DNA from: a virus
Lineage: Duplodnaviria > Caudoviricetes
DNA length: 63,860 nt
IMG/VR virus record: IMGVR_UViG_3300046366_000135
Location: 1 to 63,860 of that record
Strand: one strand, 5' to 3'
Shown here: piece by piece, positions 9,964 through 19,236 of the stretch
Layout of the letters: every line of letters begins with the position of its first letter
Position numbering within the stretch: the stretch's first letter is position 1
Notes under the pieces: model-generated
What the model was told of the DNA's origin: nothing
The model's input: the letters and a program-made list of their open reading frames with translations, nothing else
Database searches by the model: none
Position numbers and translations under genes: made by a program

Positions 9964-10419
9964 TTAGATTAAAGTCTTTTTGTACTCTACCAAACTCACC
10001 CCACTAACTTTGGCTAATACCTCTTTTTGTTGCTTTCTAAGTGCTTGTATTTCTAGCTCCAACATAGCCGCCATTTCTCGGTGAATATCACATTCTGGTG
10101 CTCTTAGGATATATTTCTTATCATCGTGGTGGCTCAGTTGTTTCTTGTTGCCTTTGGCATCCTGCACCATGAAATTACCATCCTTTCTAATACCTATCAC
10201 AGTTAAGATACCATCACCATACATATTGGGCAAAGCCTCAATCACAAATGGTTTGAATGTCTGATTTTCTTTAATGAAATCATCAATCCACTTCTTTACA
10301 GAGGTAAAGCTTTTTCTGGTTTTGTCAACATCATAATGATCCGACACACAGTAGAAACTCTCTGAATCAGTATCAAAGTAAATTTCCCAACCACAATATG
10401 TTTCAATTAGTACTCTCAT
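9964..10419 (-). CDS. hypothetical protein
   Basis: 151 aa ORF coupled in operon. Confidence 0.65.
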   Translation of the reverse strand: MRVLIETYCGWEIYFDTDSESFYCVSDHYDVDKTRKSFTSVKKWIDDFIKENQTFKPFVIEALPNMYGDGILTVIGIRKDGNFMVQDAKGNKKQLSHHDDKKYILRAPECDIHREMAAMLELEIQALRKQQKEVLAKVSGVSLVEYKKTLI

Positions 10420-10901
10420 AACTCAATTTTTGTTTGAAACCTGACTACAATCTTGTGATTATGTAAGTCAGGTCGAATGTAAAATCTTTTTTTCCCTCGG
10501 TAAGAACCAATCTCAATCACAACCCCAGTGTAGAATTGACCAGTCCCGGATTTTAAATCCCATTTACTAGCCATTACCCTTACTCGATCTCCTATCTTTG
10601 GGGAGATTGTGTAACACTCATTCTTAGCTACCCAGTACTTTGTAGGATCAAATATTACCTCACCTTTGTCATTAAGGACTTTTTTTGGGTGCCAGAGTGG
10701 GCTTCTGTTTTTCCTAGAGAATCCGTAATGATTCAGTAATTTTTTGGGGAGCTTACATTCAGGGAACTCTTTTTGCAGATCGAATATCAATTTCCTAGCT
10801 TCTTTTTCTGGAAGTTCTAATGCAAAAAGCTTTTCGTACTCAGATTTAAGCTGCATCCTCATCAAATTTTTTACCAAAAAACTCTGAAAACTTTTCAACA
10901 A
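10416..10901 (-). CDS. hypothetical basic protein (KOW/SH3-like C-terminus); true start possibly slightly downstream
   Basis: KIGDRVRV..GQFYTGVVIEI motif. Confidence 0.55.
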   Translation of the reverse strand: MLKSFQSFLVKNLMRMQLKSEYEKLFALELPEKEARKLIFDLQKEFPECKLPKKLLNHYGFSRKNRSPLWHPKKVLNDKGEVIFDPTKYWVAKNECYTISPKIGDRVRVMASKWDLKSGTGQFYTGVVIEIGSYRGKKRFYIRPDLHNHKIVVRFQTKIEL

Positions 10902-11706
10902 ATTCTTCTAAAGCTTCACCTCTAACATAATCAATGTAATTACCCCAACTGTAGAAAGTCAAACGCCAATTTCTATCGGCCCTATCGTACAACTCATCAA
11001 GTAGTTCTTCTTGCGCTAATTGCTTCTCAGATAAAGCACGATCAAAAAACCATTGGTAGTTAATAGATTCACCTGTAACAATCTCATCAGCCACAACATC
11101 TAACAATTCAAACCAATCAATCTTTTTAAATTGTGATGGCTTAATTACTGAGGGGATTTTATCTGATTTACATCCCAACAAAATCTTTTCCATTATCGGC
11201 TCAACCAATTCCCTACGATCTAGGCTAGTTAGTTGAAACCAACCTACTGGATTTGTGTATTTGTAGAATCGTTGAGCTGGATGACGCAAAATCGTTTTCC
11301 AGTCATTATCATTAGAGACAAACCAGCAATCTGATAATTGGGTAGACATCAAATAGGCCAGATCATCAGCCTCAAGACCGTCTACCCCAAAATTAATAAT
11401 AGTGGACTTCTCACCAATCAAGCGAATAGCATCCATCTTGATTGACTTGTAGTGCTCATGGTCAGGACGACCTGCCTTGTATTCTGGAAATAGCCGATAA
11501 CGAAAAGACTTACCAATATCGTGAACTAAAACTACCTTGACATTGCTAATTCCAATCAGTCTGGCCTGTAGATTTTGTACAGCTCGTATTGTTAGATCAG
11601 CTAAAAACTCAGCAGTAAGTTGTTCCTCAGAAACATACTTTCTCTGAACGTAGTAATTAGCCATTAACAAACAGGATGAATCAACGACCAAGTATTCTGG
11701 CAGCAT
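10846..11706 (-). CDS. 5'-3' exonuclease / flap endonuclease (T4 RNase H / T5 D15-like)
   Basis: VVD, SFRYRLFPEYKAGR, EADDL, SNDND, GCKSDKIP. Confidence 0.9.
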   Translation of the reverse strand: MLPEYLVVDSSCLLMANYYVQRKYVSEEQLTAEFLADLTIRAVQNLQARLIGISNVKVVLVHDIGKSFRYRLFPEYKAGRPDHEHYKSIKMDAIRLIGEKSTIINFGVDGLEADDLAYLMSTQLSDCWFVSNDNDWKTILRHPAQRFYKYTNPVGWFQLTSLDRRELVEPIMEKILLGCKSDKIPSVIKPSQFKKIDWFELLDVVADEIVTGESINYQWFFDRALSEKQLAQEELLDELYDRADRNWRLTFYSWGNYIDYVRGEALEEFVEKFSEFFGKKFDEDAA

Positions 11707-12022
11707 GTTCTTTGAAATTTAATGAGTTAATGAATGAAGACGCTATAAAGAAAGCCTGATCTTCTGCTTTATGTATGAATAACATCCCAGAGTGAGGACT
11801 AGCATCTACATAGTTTTTGACAAAATATTTATTTAAGCAGGGTACAGCTAATCCTGAGAATATAGCAGCACCTAATAGAGCCTCAATAACTGTTTCAATT
11901 TTACCTAAATCTAAGTTCATTGATGCAGCAGCGTTGGCTGACTCTATAGCTATTTTTAAAGCCTCAACTAGATTTTTTGGAAATTCTGAGTTGATTTGGG
12001 TCAACCCTTGTGGCTGTCTCAT
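11681..12022 (-). CDS. hypothetical protein
   Basis: ORF fills operon gap; start uncertain. Confidence 0.45.
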   Translation of the reverse strand: MRQPQGLTQINSEFPKNLVEALKIAIESANAAASMNLDLGKIETVIEALLGAAIFSGLAVPCLNKYFVKNYVDASPHSGMLFIHKAEDQAFFIASSFINSLNFKEHAARILGR

Positions 12023-12530
12023 CTACTTTTAATTTAAGTTCGTAACCAAATACCTCAGCGTAATGCTGAATACACATCTCAACAAGAAGGGAAAACCAAA
12101 TAGTGTCAAATTGAGAACTCCTTGGCTTAACATTTGCCAAGATGCTGGGGTCATGCCCCTGTTCTTTCATTTTAAGTTTAAGAAATTCAACACTAGGCTG
12201 AAGGGTTTCAAAAACAATAGAACCCTTCACCACTAATGTAGGACGTATACCGAATATCTTATATAAATTGTATTCGTGAATTTCGCCCTCTGTCCAAATT
12301 TCACCGTTTTCCTTATGGTATTTCATTACTTGACGAACAATAGCTCCCCAGTATAATCTGTTCTGCTCATTAGAACGAAGTGAAAAAGCTTTCTTAGTTG
12401 CTAGTCCTTGGGTGCCTTTTCCGATCTGATCTTCTAACTCAAGTGCTGCGTATGTTGGAGAATCAACAACAAAGCAAATCTTGTTGTCAATTTTTTCCCA
12501 ATGCCCATTAAATTGAGTACCATCTTTCAT
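11964..12530 (-). CDS. NinB/Orf-like recombination protein (start reassigned to ATG at 12530, downstream of the hairpin)
   Basis: RSNEQNRLYW and ..EIHE..K..F motifs resembling lambda NinB. Confidence 0.6.
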   Translation of the reverse strand: MKDGTQFNGHWEKIDNKICFVVDSPTYAALELEDQIGKGTQGLATKKAFSLRSNEQNRLYWGAIVRQVMKYHKENGEIWTEGEIHEYNLYKIFGIRPTLVVKGSIVFETLQPSVEFLKLKMKEQGHDPSILANVKPRSSQFDTIWFSLLVEMCIQHYAEVFGYELKLKVDETATRVDPNQLRISKKSS

Positions 12531-12542
12531 AATAAAAATGTT

Positions 12543-12569
12543 CAGGGGCAAGTTTACTCCCTGCCCCTG
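12543..12569 (-). terminator. terminator-like hairpin after SSB gene
   Basis: CAGGGGCA/TGCCCCTG stem followed on the minus strand by AACATTTTT. Confidence 0.6.
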
Positions 12570-12592
12570 TGTTGACGTAATCAAACGGTTAA

Positions 12593-13366
12593 TTAGGATT
12601 TCTTTGCGAGGGCAGCAGCCAGAGAGGATTTAGGCTTAGCAATTTCTTGCTTAGGAGTTTCACCAGCTTTCACAGGTTTGTCAGCACCTTCAAATTTCCA
12701 ACGAAGCATAGCCTCACAGTACTCAGAAGTATCCATCCGATCTTTCACACTCTTCACCATGTCAACCTCAGCCAGAGCAGCCAATTCAACCTCAGTGAGA
12801 GTGTAAGTTTTCTTACTCTGTTCAAAGAAATAGTTACGACCGTTCTGATTACCGGGTTTTGGCTCGCTATAACAGCGAATGATGTACTTAGTCCAATCCT
12901 CTGGATCAGCCATTGGGCTTTGAATCATACCATTAATCTGGATGATCATTGAGGGAGTTGCAACAGCAAATTTCAATCCCTTGGAAAGGAAAGCTTTCCC
13001 GTCCCATTCCAGTTCAATCACAGGAAAGACATAGGATTCAGAAAAATTGAAAGATTTGAAATCTTTCAAAATCTCTTTAATTTGTGGGTTTGAACGAAGT
13101 TGCTGAATTTCATCCCAAAGATCACGACCAGCACAAGGCAAACCAACGGAGCTTGGGGACAGGACACGCTCCCCATCAAAAAACCAGCTATATTCAGGCT
13201 GACAAAATAAACCGTCATGCTTTTCTGTTACGTCAAGCATCAAAAAATACACCTCTTTTTGTTTTCCATCCTTACCAATTTGGTTAAGGTAAATAACCGA
13301 GGAGTCACTTTGTTTTTCCTCAATTTGTTGCTTCAATTGAGTCAATTTACTCAGATCAAGTGCCAT
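12593..13366 (-). CDS. putative single-stranded DNA-binding protein (gp32-like)
   Basis: MALDLSKL-type N-terminus, position next to polymerase, own promoter and terminator; lacks a strongly acidic tail. Confidence 0.6.
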   Translation of the reverse strand: MALDLSKLTQLKQQIEEKQSDSSVIYLNQIGKDGKQKEVYFLMLDVTEKHDGLFCQPEYSWFFDGERVLSPSSVGLPCAGRDLWDEIQQLRSNPQIKEILKDFKSFNFSESYVFPVIELEWDGKAFLSKGLKFAVATPSMIIQINGMIQSPMADPEDWTKYIIRCYSEPKPGNQNGRNYFFEQSKKTYTLTEVELAALAEVDMVKSVKDRMDTSEYCEAMLRWKFEGADKPVKAGETPKQEIAKPKSSLAAALAKKS

Positions 13367-13398
13367 TTGTTTTTGTTTTTAAGTTATTAATGATGAAA

Positions 13399-13429
13399 CA
13401 AAAGTATAAAATAAATCCCAGAAAGTCAA
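13399..13429 (-). promoter_or_regulatory. Bacteroidota housekeeping-sigma promoter
   Basis: TTG-N20-TACTTTTG on the minus strand, 33 bp upstream of the SSB start. Confidence 0.8.
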
Positions 13430-14484
13430 GATAAAATTGAAAATTTTGAGATTATCTCTTCAACAGAACTTTCTTCCATGTCTGCCCATGACTTTTCAGT
13501 AAAACTCCAATCTACTTTCATAGGCACAACACATTTCTCTTTATCCATGTCAATGTACAACTCAGCCATTGGGTCAATCATAACATCGTTATAAATTGGC
13601 AACAAAGTTTTCACCCAATCCTTACGAATGTATGGATAAACTGCATCATGGATTGTATTGCTGAATCTTCCAAGATGACGTGGAATTAGTTTTGTTAGCA
13701 CAGACATCCCAAATACAGTCCATTCCCCAGCAGACCCCTGAATTGGGGAGTTAATTGCAGCCCTTTTTGCAGCAGACCTTTCGCTTGAAACATATGAATC
13801 AATCATTGGAAGTCTACGTTTCCTACCATAAAGAGTACGAACGTATTTGTATGTCTGGGCTTTTAACTCATACTCACTATGCCAAAATGGGAGCCTAGCG
13901 TAAGTACCAAAGATAGCTTTTTTGTGTTCTCTAGCTATTTCTATAGGCAATAATTTACCGTTTGTAGCTTGCCGATAATATTCTTGATACCCCTCATCTG
14001 AAATATCGTAGACAATACCAAAATTGGCAGTTTTTCCATCCTGACGGTTCTGCTTAAATTTATCTGGATTGCTAGTTTTCAACTCAAGAAATTCTTCAAT
14101 AGTAAGTCCTGCAATAGAAGCCCCAGTGATTGTGTGAAGGTCTAGCCCACTCAGATATGCCTCTTGCATATTTGGATCACTGCTAAAATTAGCAATCATA
14201 CGAAGTTCTGCTTGCGAATAGTCAGCCTGTAAGAAAGCCCATTCACCCTGTGTATCCATAGGAGGAGTAACAAAACATTTCTTAGGTGCTTTGATAGCCC
14301 AGTTTAGCATGTCTGAGTCCTTGATAGGACTACGTGCAATTACGTTCTGTAGGTTTGGATTACCTGAGCTATTATGGCTGACAATCCCATTACCTACATA
14401 AGAATGATCAACAGCTACAGTTATATCTGCTACTGTTTTCATCCCTATTGAAGTAATCCTTTTGATTTTAGATTTTGTAAACAT
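13426..14484 (-). CDS. polA: DNA polymerase A C-terminal half preceded by 38-aa split-intein C fragment (IntC 14371-14484)
   Basis: IntC ends ..GNGIVSHN, then +1 Ser: SSGNPNLQN; motif A DYSQAELR, motif B RQDGKTANFGIVY, motif C IHDA. Confidence 0.95.
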   Translation of the reverse strand: MFTKSKIKRITSIGMKTVADITVAVDHSYVGNGIVSHNSSGNPNLQNVIARSPIKDSDMLNWAIKAPKKCFVTPPMDTQGEWAFLQADYSQAELRMIANFSSDPNMQEAYLSGLDLHTITGASIAGLTIEEFLELKTSNPDKFKQNRQDGKTANFGIVYDISDEGYQEYYRQATNGKLLPIEIAREHKKAIFGTYARLPFWHSEYELKAQTYKYVRTLYGRKRRLPMIDSYVSSERSAAKRAAINSPIQGSAGEWTVFGMSVLTKLIPRHLGRFSNTIHDAVYPYIRKDWVKTLLPIYNDVMIDPMAELYIDMDKEKCVVPMKVDWSFTEKSWADMEESSVEEIISKFSILS

Positions 14485-15410
14485 TGATTTACTTGTTTTC
14501 TTATGGTGGACAATTTCTCAGCGGGGGAAGTTATTCTATAAACAACGAAGTTATACTTTTTAGCTAGATTATCTTTGTGTTGATCATTAAGCCTAGAAGA
14601 TTCAGTATTATGATATATTTGAGGGTCTATCTCAATAAGAATATTAGTGCCCTCTAGCAAAATGTCATAATACTTATCCTCAATCCTATGCTCAAAAATA
14701 CAAATATAACCTAACTCAGAAAAAGCAGCACCAAACCTAAAATTCAACCTACTACCAGCAGGTCTACTATTAGGTAAGTCAATGCCTTTGTCCTTTGCAT
14801 ACGAATAATTATTCTTAGTCACATGCTTTAGAGTATCCCTTAGCGATAATAAATGATCATCCAATAGTAACAAAGTGTTATGTATTTCTACAGGATTCCT
14901 TTCACCTAATGTGGAATGCATACCAACTAAGTCCGTACCAAATACAGAGTCTAATTTCTTTAAGTTTAGAATAGTTGCATTGGATAGGAAATGTACATGT
15001 TTACCGTTTATAGGTAAGTCTATCCCATAATAATTTATGTTAGCTTCTACTGTCTGAGGAGCTACTTTAAGGTGCTTCGCAATTGAAAAAACAGTATAAT
15101 CCTTTAAAATTAACTCCTCTAATACTTGTTTATCCAATAAACATCTAGGAATTCCAGCATTTTTAGCATTAGAATTCTTTCTCTTTTGAGAGAACGAAAT
15201 CTTATCGCCAGCGAGTTTAGCTCTCTCATCTCTGGTATAGTGATGCCAGTAACTATAATTAAACATCCTAGCAGATACTCCTAACAATTCCCTAAACTTT
15301 TCTCTAGTGTAAAGCTCAGTAATGAAATAATGATCAAAGCATTCCTTAGTAAGTATCTTAACCGGGGTACTTATACCTGAAACAGTGATATGTTTAAACT
15401 CAATAACCAT
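14445..15410 (-). CDS. free-standing Vsr/DUF559 (EDxHD-type) homing endonuclease between the split-intein halves
   Basis: C-terminal YDILL..ILIEIDPQIYH...D..KD..AKK.NFVVYRI; central HTH (VFSIAKHLKVAPQTV); overlaps both polA halves. Confidence 0.8.
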   Translation of the reverse strand: MVIEFKHITVSGISTPVKILTKECFDHYFITELYTREKFRELLGVSARMFNYSYWHHYTRDERAKLAGDKISFSQKRKNSNAKNAGIPRCLLDKQVLEELILKDYTVFSIAKHLKVAPQTVEANINYYGIDLPINGKHVHFLSNATILNLKKLDSVFGTDLVGMHSTLGERNPVEIHNTLLLLDDHLLSLRDTLKHVTKNNYSYAKDKGIDLPNSRPAGSRLNFRFGAAFSELGYICIFEHRIEDKYYDILLEGTNILIEIDPQIYHNTESSRLNDQHKDNLAKKYNFVVYRITSPAEKLSTIRKQVNQCLQNLKSKGLLQ

Positions 15411-17433
15411 AATCAGAAGTTATTATGTGTATTTCTGAATTAGAATTGAGTATATCTTTTAAAGATAACCAACCCAGATCAGTTAAAAATATATGGTTAA
15501 GGGTACATTCAATAAGCTTGCCATTTTCAAGCTCCACTTCAAACATCTCCTCCTGCCCTTTATTTATTGCATGGGTTATTGGATGGAATTCCCCTGTGTG
15601 AGTCATAGCTTTGATAGATTGATCTAATTCAGATACTCCCTCACTTGCGGGGATTAAATCACCGATCCGTATTATACCATTATCAGTTACTATATTAGTG
15701 TCTACCCCTACACACAGACGACCTGTTGTAGTACCTGCCACATGGAAATTAGTGTGGATGTAACCTGAACCATCAGCCAACAACTTAAAGTTAGACAAAT
15801 AGGTACTCAAAACCTTCATTGTAATCTTCAGAGTACAAAATAGCTTTAGAACAGGCTTATCATAAATGTTAGCCAACTCAACCACATAGTCCTGTTTCCC
15901 AGTTCTCTCCGATTGCCCATATGAATCTACACGCTCAGGTAATTTCAAATAATCAAACAACCATTCCTGTACTTGTTTCGGAGCATTCAAACTAAACTCA
16001 GACTCAATTTCTTTTTGACCGTCTAGGATTAAAACTATTTGCTCGTTCCACTTTTTAATCCAATGGTGAGATGGCTTTTCTTTAGCCATAGAGGTTCTTA
16101 TCTTATCTCGTAACTCCTGAACAGCAGCATTTATACCATCCTGCTTTTTCTTTGCCACAAATCCAGCTACATCAGGATGATTAAAGAATTCTTGGTTTAG
16201 CTGTTTAATGTTTTCCTCAGCTTGTTTGATGTTCTCTTCAACCACAAACATATCAACAAAAGCTCCTTGATAAGATGCCCAAAACGTAGCAAACATTGCT
16301 GGAATTACATAACTACGATAATGGCGGTATAAACGACCATCACATATATCAGGAAACCCTCCGATCCATTCCTGAGTATCAGTAAGACTAGAACCACTCA
16401 GCAGTTCTTCAGTAAATCGCATGTAAAGACGAAGAGTAACGTCTGTATCTATGGCACAATACTTAGCCAACGTCTCAAGATCAATCTCAGCCCAGGTTTT
16501 ATCCTTCGGCAACTCGAACTGATACCCGGCAAATTCCGGGAAATAAATATCAGTAAGAGGCTTCAAACCTTTAGGACGATTCTCATCAAGTTCATGGGCC
16601 ATCAACATTGTATCATGCCACTCCCCAATGTGTTTATCTACGCCATGTTTTACAAGGTATCCTAATTCAAATTGAGTGTTGTGGGCTATCTTGACTACAT
16701 CAGGATTCTCAAAGATGTTGATCTTCAATAGCTCAAATATTGTCCTAACCTGACTATTAATCAAATACTCCTGATAGGACATAGCCTTACCCCAAACCTC
16801 AGTCTCAAAATGAAACAAAGGAACAATGTAAGAGTATCCCGGTTGAATACTAAAACCAATAATCGTAGGCTTGTTTAACCACCATTCAATTCCAGTAGTC
16901 TCAAAGTCGAAAGAAAAAAGACCAGTTTGTTTGGCCATCTCAATAACTTCCATCAAACGATCATAGGATGTAATTACTTCGTATGGAGTGGACTTTCGCT
17001 CAACTTTATTACTAACACCCTCAAAAGCAAGTTGTAATCCTTGATGAATCCTAGAAGCGATTGTAGCAGCATATCCGGGATTGTATTTCAAAGAGCTAGG
17101 AGAGTAACAAGGTAGAACTGTAAGGTTTTTGTACTTGAACTCTTTGTCAACTACTTCCCCCAACTTACCCTTAATTCCAAAAGCCTCAGTAGCCTTTGTT
17201 CCAAGGGTGATTACATGAGTACAATCACCAAAATAAATGCCTGAAACTACATCACGAAACTCTGCTGGTTTAAGATCAGTATTGGACAAGTAGCCCATGT
17301 AAATCTCGTCTTTTGGATAATCAATTACACCATCCTCAAACAGTTGTTGGATGAACTGGTTAGAACCAGCAGAAAAGTTACCTTGCTTATCATCAAAAGG
17401 CGGAATGTCTGCAATTATAGCTACTTTGTACAT
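15400..17433 (-). CDS. polA: DNA polymerase A N-terminal half (UDG-like domain + 3'-5' exonuclease + thumb) ending in 104-aa split-intein N fragment (IntN 15403-15714)
   Basis: Exo motifs FDFETTG, AHN, YCAID; GTTTGRL|CVGVDTNI block A; block B ECTLNHIFLT..GW. Confidence 0.95.
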   Translation of the reverse strand: MYKVAIIADIPPFDDKQGNFSAGSNQFIQQLFEDGVIDYPKDEIYMGYLSNTDLKPAEFRDVVSGIYFGDCTHVITLGTKATEAFGIKGKLGEVVDKEFKYKNLTVLPCYSPSSLKYNPGYAATIASRIHQGLQLAFEGVSNKVERKSTPYEVITSYDRLMEVIEMAKQTGLFSFDFETTGIEWWLNKPTIIGFSIQPGYSYIVPLFHFETEVWGKAMSYQEYLINSQVRTIFELLKINIFENPDVVKIAHNTQFELGYLVKHGVDKHIGEWHDTMLMAHELDENRPKGLKPLTDIYFPEFAGYQFELPKDKTWAEIDLETLAKYCAIDTDVTLRLYMRFTEELLSGSSLTDTQEWIGGFPDICDGRLYRHYRSYVIPAMFATFWASYQGAFVDMFVVEENIKQAEENIKQLNQEFFNHPDVAGFVAKKKQDGINAAVQELRDKIRTSMAKEKPSHHWIKKWNEQIVLILDGQKEIESEFSLNAPKQVQEWLFDYLKLPERVDSYGQSERTGKQDYVVELANIYDKPVLKLFCTLKITMKVLSTYLSNFKLLADGSGYIHTNFHVAGTTTGRLCVGVDTNIVTDNGIIRIGDLIPASEGVSELDQSIKAMTHTGEFHPITHAINKGQEEMFEVELENGKLIECTLNHIFLTDLGWLSLKDILNSNSEIHIITSDYGY

Positions 17434-17822
17434 AATCCATCTTCTTGAACTGTGATAGAATATTCCTGACAGAAAATATCAAACCAATACTCACAAAGTC
17501 TTTTATCTGCCTTTGTTTCTGCCATTAAAACCTCAATGATTTGAAACTTGTAGTATGTACACGACTCAATCTCTGAAGCCCATTCCTCTCTATTAATCAC
17601 GTCAAAGTTAACCAGATCAAAAAATGGCTGCTGTTCTTCCATCTTTTTTACTCGTTGTTTACTTGTTTGGTGTTTTATTGTTTGGCAAAATGCTTTTGCA
17701 GCACATACCTGACACTCGAAAGCGTGAGTGTCAAATTCTTTACCAAAACAATCTGACTCTGGTATTGACATATTTTGATAAAGTGTTGCTGAATCAAACC
17801 CAGTCTCAATTGATTTTTTCAT
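17421..17822 (-). CDS. Cys-motif hypothetical protein
   Basis: CFGKEFD...ECQVC...C putative metal site. Confidence 0.6.
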   Translation of the reverse strand: MKKSIETGFDSATLYQNMSIPESDCFGKEFDTHAFECQVCAAKAFCQTIKHQTSKQRVKKMEEQQPFFDLVNFDVINREEWASEIESCTYYKFQIIEVLMAETKADKRLCEYWFDIFCQEYSITVQEDGLCTK

Positions 17823-18049
17823 AGTTCAATATAATGAGTTACGTTAGGAATTTCAATTCTCATTTCAATTGGAGCTAAAGAATCTCTAACTCCTATTTGG
17901 TTTCCAAAGATATGGGTAAATAATTTACCGATCAACCTCTCACCAAAATAAATTAATTTAGTATCAAAATTGGCTGCAAGTACTTCACCTTCTGGTAATT
18001 TATCTGGGTCAATCTTTGTCCAGATCAACCCAGCAATCAACTCTTCCAT
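17819..18049 (-). CDS. hypothetical protein
   Basis: Coupled small ORF. Confidence 0.6.
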   Translation of the reverse strand: MEELIAGLIWTKIDPDKLPEGEVLAANFDTKLIYFGERLIGKLFTHIFGNQIGVRDSLAPIEMRIEIPNVTHYIEL

Positions 18050-18051
18050 AG

Positions 18052-19236
18052 CTATTTCTTTGAATCGTATTCGTTGTTCATCACCTTGGCACTCAGCTTA
18101 CTAAGTGGGTCACGAACAACAATACCTTCGATCACATTATTTGAAAAATAATTATTACAAGCTTTCTTTAAATCTTCTAAAGAATCAAAACTTTGATTGA
18201 AGACAATTCTTGGGTGCTCGAAACCAAACCCAACGATATTCCCAATGTATTCTAAGTGTGGCATCTTTTGAGCAACCCCATTATAAAAAAAGTCAGCACC
18301 ATAAAAATAAATTGTAGGTTCGACCTGAGAATGTGGGTTGTTTTTATTCCCTGACCCAGCACTTGCACCATACCCAACTAACTCACCACGTAAAGCCATA
18401 TCAATACCTTGTTTGGTACAATATTCCACAAGTTTATTTAGATATGGCAGACCAACAACCACAAATGGGTTCTCGCTTGGGAAAGTGTCATAGATGTTAA
18501 TGTCTTTACCAAAGAAAGCAAGAATACGACTCCACCAATCATTCTTACGATCAATTACCTTTTCTTCAGTCAAAGACAAATTAACATTTCGCGAACAAAT
18601 ACCAAACTCACCCTGACGAAAAAATAGGGTAATAGAACTTCCATCAAGTTTCTCAGAACCAATAAGTTGTAATGGGAAATGCCAATTACAGTTCTCAATT
18701 CTCGGCTCATCAGTCCTATACAGGAAAGACGGAAAAGACTTAGCTGCTTTCCGGCCTTTAGGACTACTTGAATTTGGCTCAGGTTCTTGGTATTTATAAA
18801 TTCCTAACACACTAGCCAAATCACCAAGATTATCCAAATCCACAAGAGCGTAACCTTCAACCTCCTCAATAGTCAATAAGATGCCATTACTATAAACTGG
18901 CTGACCATCACCCTTATGCAAGTTGAACTTTACAGCACGAACTCGTAAATTTTTACCCAACTTTGATTTTTTTGAGTCACCTCCTGGCCTAATCCAATCA
19001 TCGAAAATATCAAACTTCTCACTCAGATTATAATCAGGCTCAACAAGAAAAGCCTTATCACCTACATTAAATCTACCCTTTGCAGAAACCACCTCAAAGC
19101 CTGTCTCCAATAGCTGAAGGACTTCGATAGAATTAGCTGGTTCTTCTCCCTTAAAAAGGGCTACTTTATTTTTGATTGTAACAAGTGAAATCATCTTTTT
19201 GAATTTAATTTTAAACAAAGATAAACTATCTATCAT
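18052..19236 (-). CDS. RNA ligase (DRB0094/Rnl2-like); start probably near 19194
   Basis: Motif I EKLDGSS, CSRN, RGE, EGIVVR, SAKV; N-terminal OB-like domain. Confidence 0.9.
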   Translation of the reverse strand: MIDSLSLFKIKFKKMISLVTIKNKVALFKGEEPANSIEVLQLLETGFEVVSAKGRFNVGDKAFLVEPDYNLSEKFDIFDDWIRPGGDSKKSKLGKNLRVRAVKFNLHKGDGQPVYSNGILLTIEEVEGYALVDLDNLGDLASVLGIYKYQEPEPNSSSPKGRKAAKSFPSFLYRTDEPRIENCNWHFPLQLIGSEKLDGSSITLFFRQGEFGICSRNVNLSLTEEKVIDRKNDWWSRILAFFGKDINIYDTFPSENPFVVVGLPYLNKLVEYCTKQGIDMALRGELVGYGASAGSGNKNNPHSQVEPTIYFYGADFFYNGVAQKMPHLEYIGNIVGFGFEHPRIVFNQSFDSLEDLKKACNNYFSNNVIEGIVVRDPLSKLSAKVMNNEYDSKK

